Source of the DNA: Nemertoderma westbladi
Taxonomy: Eukaryota; Animalia; Xenacoelomorpha
NCBI GenBank assembly: GCA_032718475.1
Contig: JAUCBJ010008913.1
Location: forward strand, 1-47,793
DNA length: 47,793 bases
Reading direction: 5' to 3'
In this document: positions 47,101 to 47,793 of the stretch, in pieces
How the letters are laid out: each line of letters begins with the position of its first letter
Position numbering within the stretch: position 1 is the stretch's first letter
Made by a program: the position numbers and the translations under genes
The notes under the pieces: generated by a model
Seen by the model: only the letters and a program-made list of their open reading frames with translations
The model's database searches: none
What the model was told of the DNA's origin: nothing

Positions 47101-47793
47101 CATGCGACTATTGTAAAGATGGAAAAAGTAAGTGAAATCCATTGTCAGACAACATGCGACTATAGTAAAGATGGAAAAAGTAAGTGAAATCCATTGTCAG
47201 ACAACATGCGACTATTGTAAAGATGGAAAAAGTAAGTGAAATCCATTGTCAGACAACATGCGACTATTGTAAAGATGGAAAAAGTAAGTGAAATCCATTG
47301 TCAGCCAACATGCGACTATTGTAAAGATGGAAAAAGTAAGTGAAATCCATTGTCAGACAACATGCGACTATTGTAAAGATGGAAAAAGTAAGTGAAATCC
47401 ATTGTCAGACAACATGCGACTATAGTAAAGATGGAAAAAGTAAGTGAAATCCATTGTCAGACAACATGCGACTATTGTAAAGATGGAAAAAGTAAGTGAA
47501 ATCCATTGTCAGACAACATGCGACTATAGTAAAGATGGAAAAAGTAAGTGAAATCCATTGTCAGACAACATGCGACTATTGTAAAGATGGAAAAAGTAAG
47601 TGAAATCCATTGTCAGACAACATGCGACTATAGTAAAGATGGAAAAAGTAAGTGAAATCCATTGTCAGACAACATGCGACTATTGTAAAGATGGAACAAG
47701 TAAGTGAAATCCATTGTCAGACAACATGCGACTATTGCAAAGATGGAACAAGTAAGTGAAATCCATTGTCAGACAACATGCGACTATTTTAAA
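38158..47793. repeat. 52-bp satellite GTAAGTGAAATCCATTGTCAGACAACATGCGACTATTGTAAAGATGGAAAAA (about 175-180 monomers, runs off the window end)
   Basis: Units start at 38158, 38210, and so on. Highly homogeneous, with no unique spacers. Confidence 0.99.
43230..43622. mobile_element. 393-bp solo LTR inserted into the 52-bp satellite, with 5-bp TSD GTCAG
   Basis: ..cattGTCAG|tgtacgcg..gcttttaca|GTCAGacaac..: TSD at 43225-43229 and 43623-43627, TGTA..TACA termini, no coding sequence. Confidence 0.88.

Noticed and set aside
38158-47793. 52-bp array as a CRISPR array
   Set aside because: Head-to-tail monomers with no unique spacers, no cas genes, and a eukaryotic context.

Overview
Eukaryotic (animal-like, invertebrate-type) genomic window, roughly 45% satellite DNA and much of the rest transposon debris. 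Three host genes: (1) a minus-strand Domino/p400/SRCAP-family chromatin remodeller with exon 1 at 17327-15962 (EP400-N-like region plus HSA domain) and exon 2 from 1988 off the window start (SNF2 ATPase lobes with degenerate catalytic motifs); (2) an intronless 6-phosphogluconate dehydrogenase (24663-23176); (3) an intronless C9orf85/DUF2039-like Cys-rich protein (31718-32038). The two remodeller exons are separated by one 13,973-bp intron that splits the Walker A motif. It is filled by about 11 kb of a 15-bp satellite and a 2.27-kb tandem duplication that copies the exon-2 splice acceptor. That acceptor is an AG|GTAAGA junction which regenerates a donor after splicing, so the copy is a candidate newly born recursive splice site. 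Intergenic DNA holds a three-level retroelement nest (RTE-like > Penelope > RTEX-like with a 9-bp TSD), a P-element-like relic (8-bp TSD, THAP remnant) carrying a Zator-like element (TAA TSD), foldback elements, a Crypton-like relic, a minimal hammerhead-ribozyme motif and an LTR-like segment. The last 9.6 kb is a 52-bp satellite interrupted by a 393-bp solo LTR with a 5-bp TSD. All family calls come from motif recognition by eye; no database search was run.
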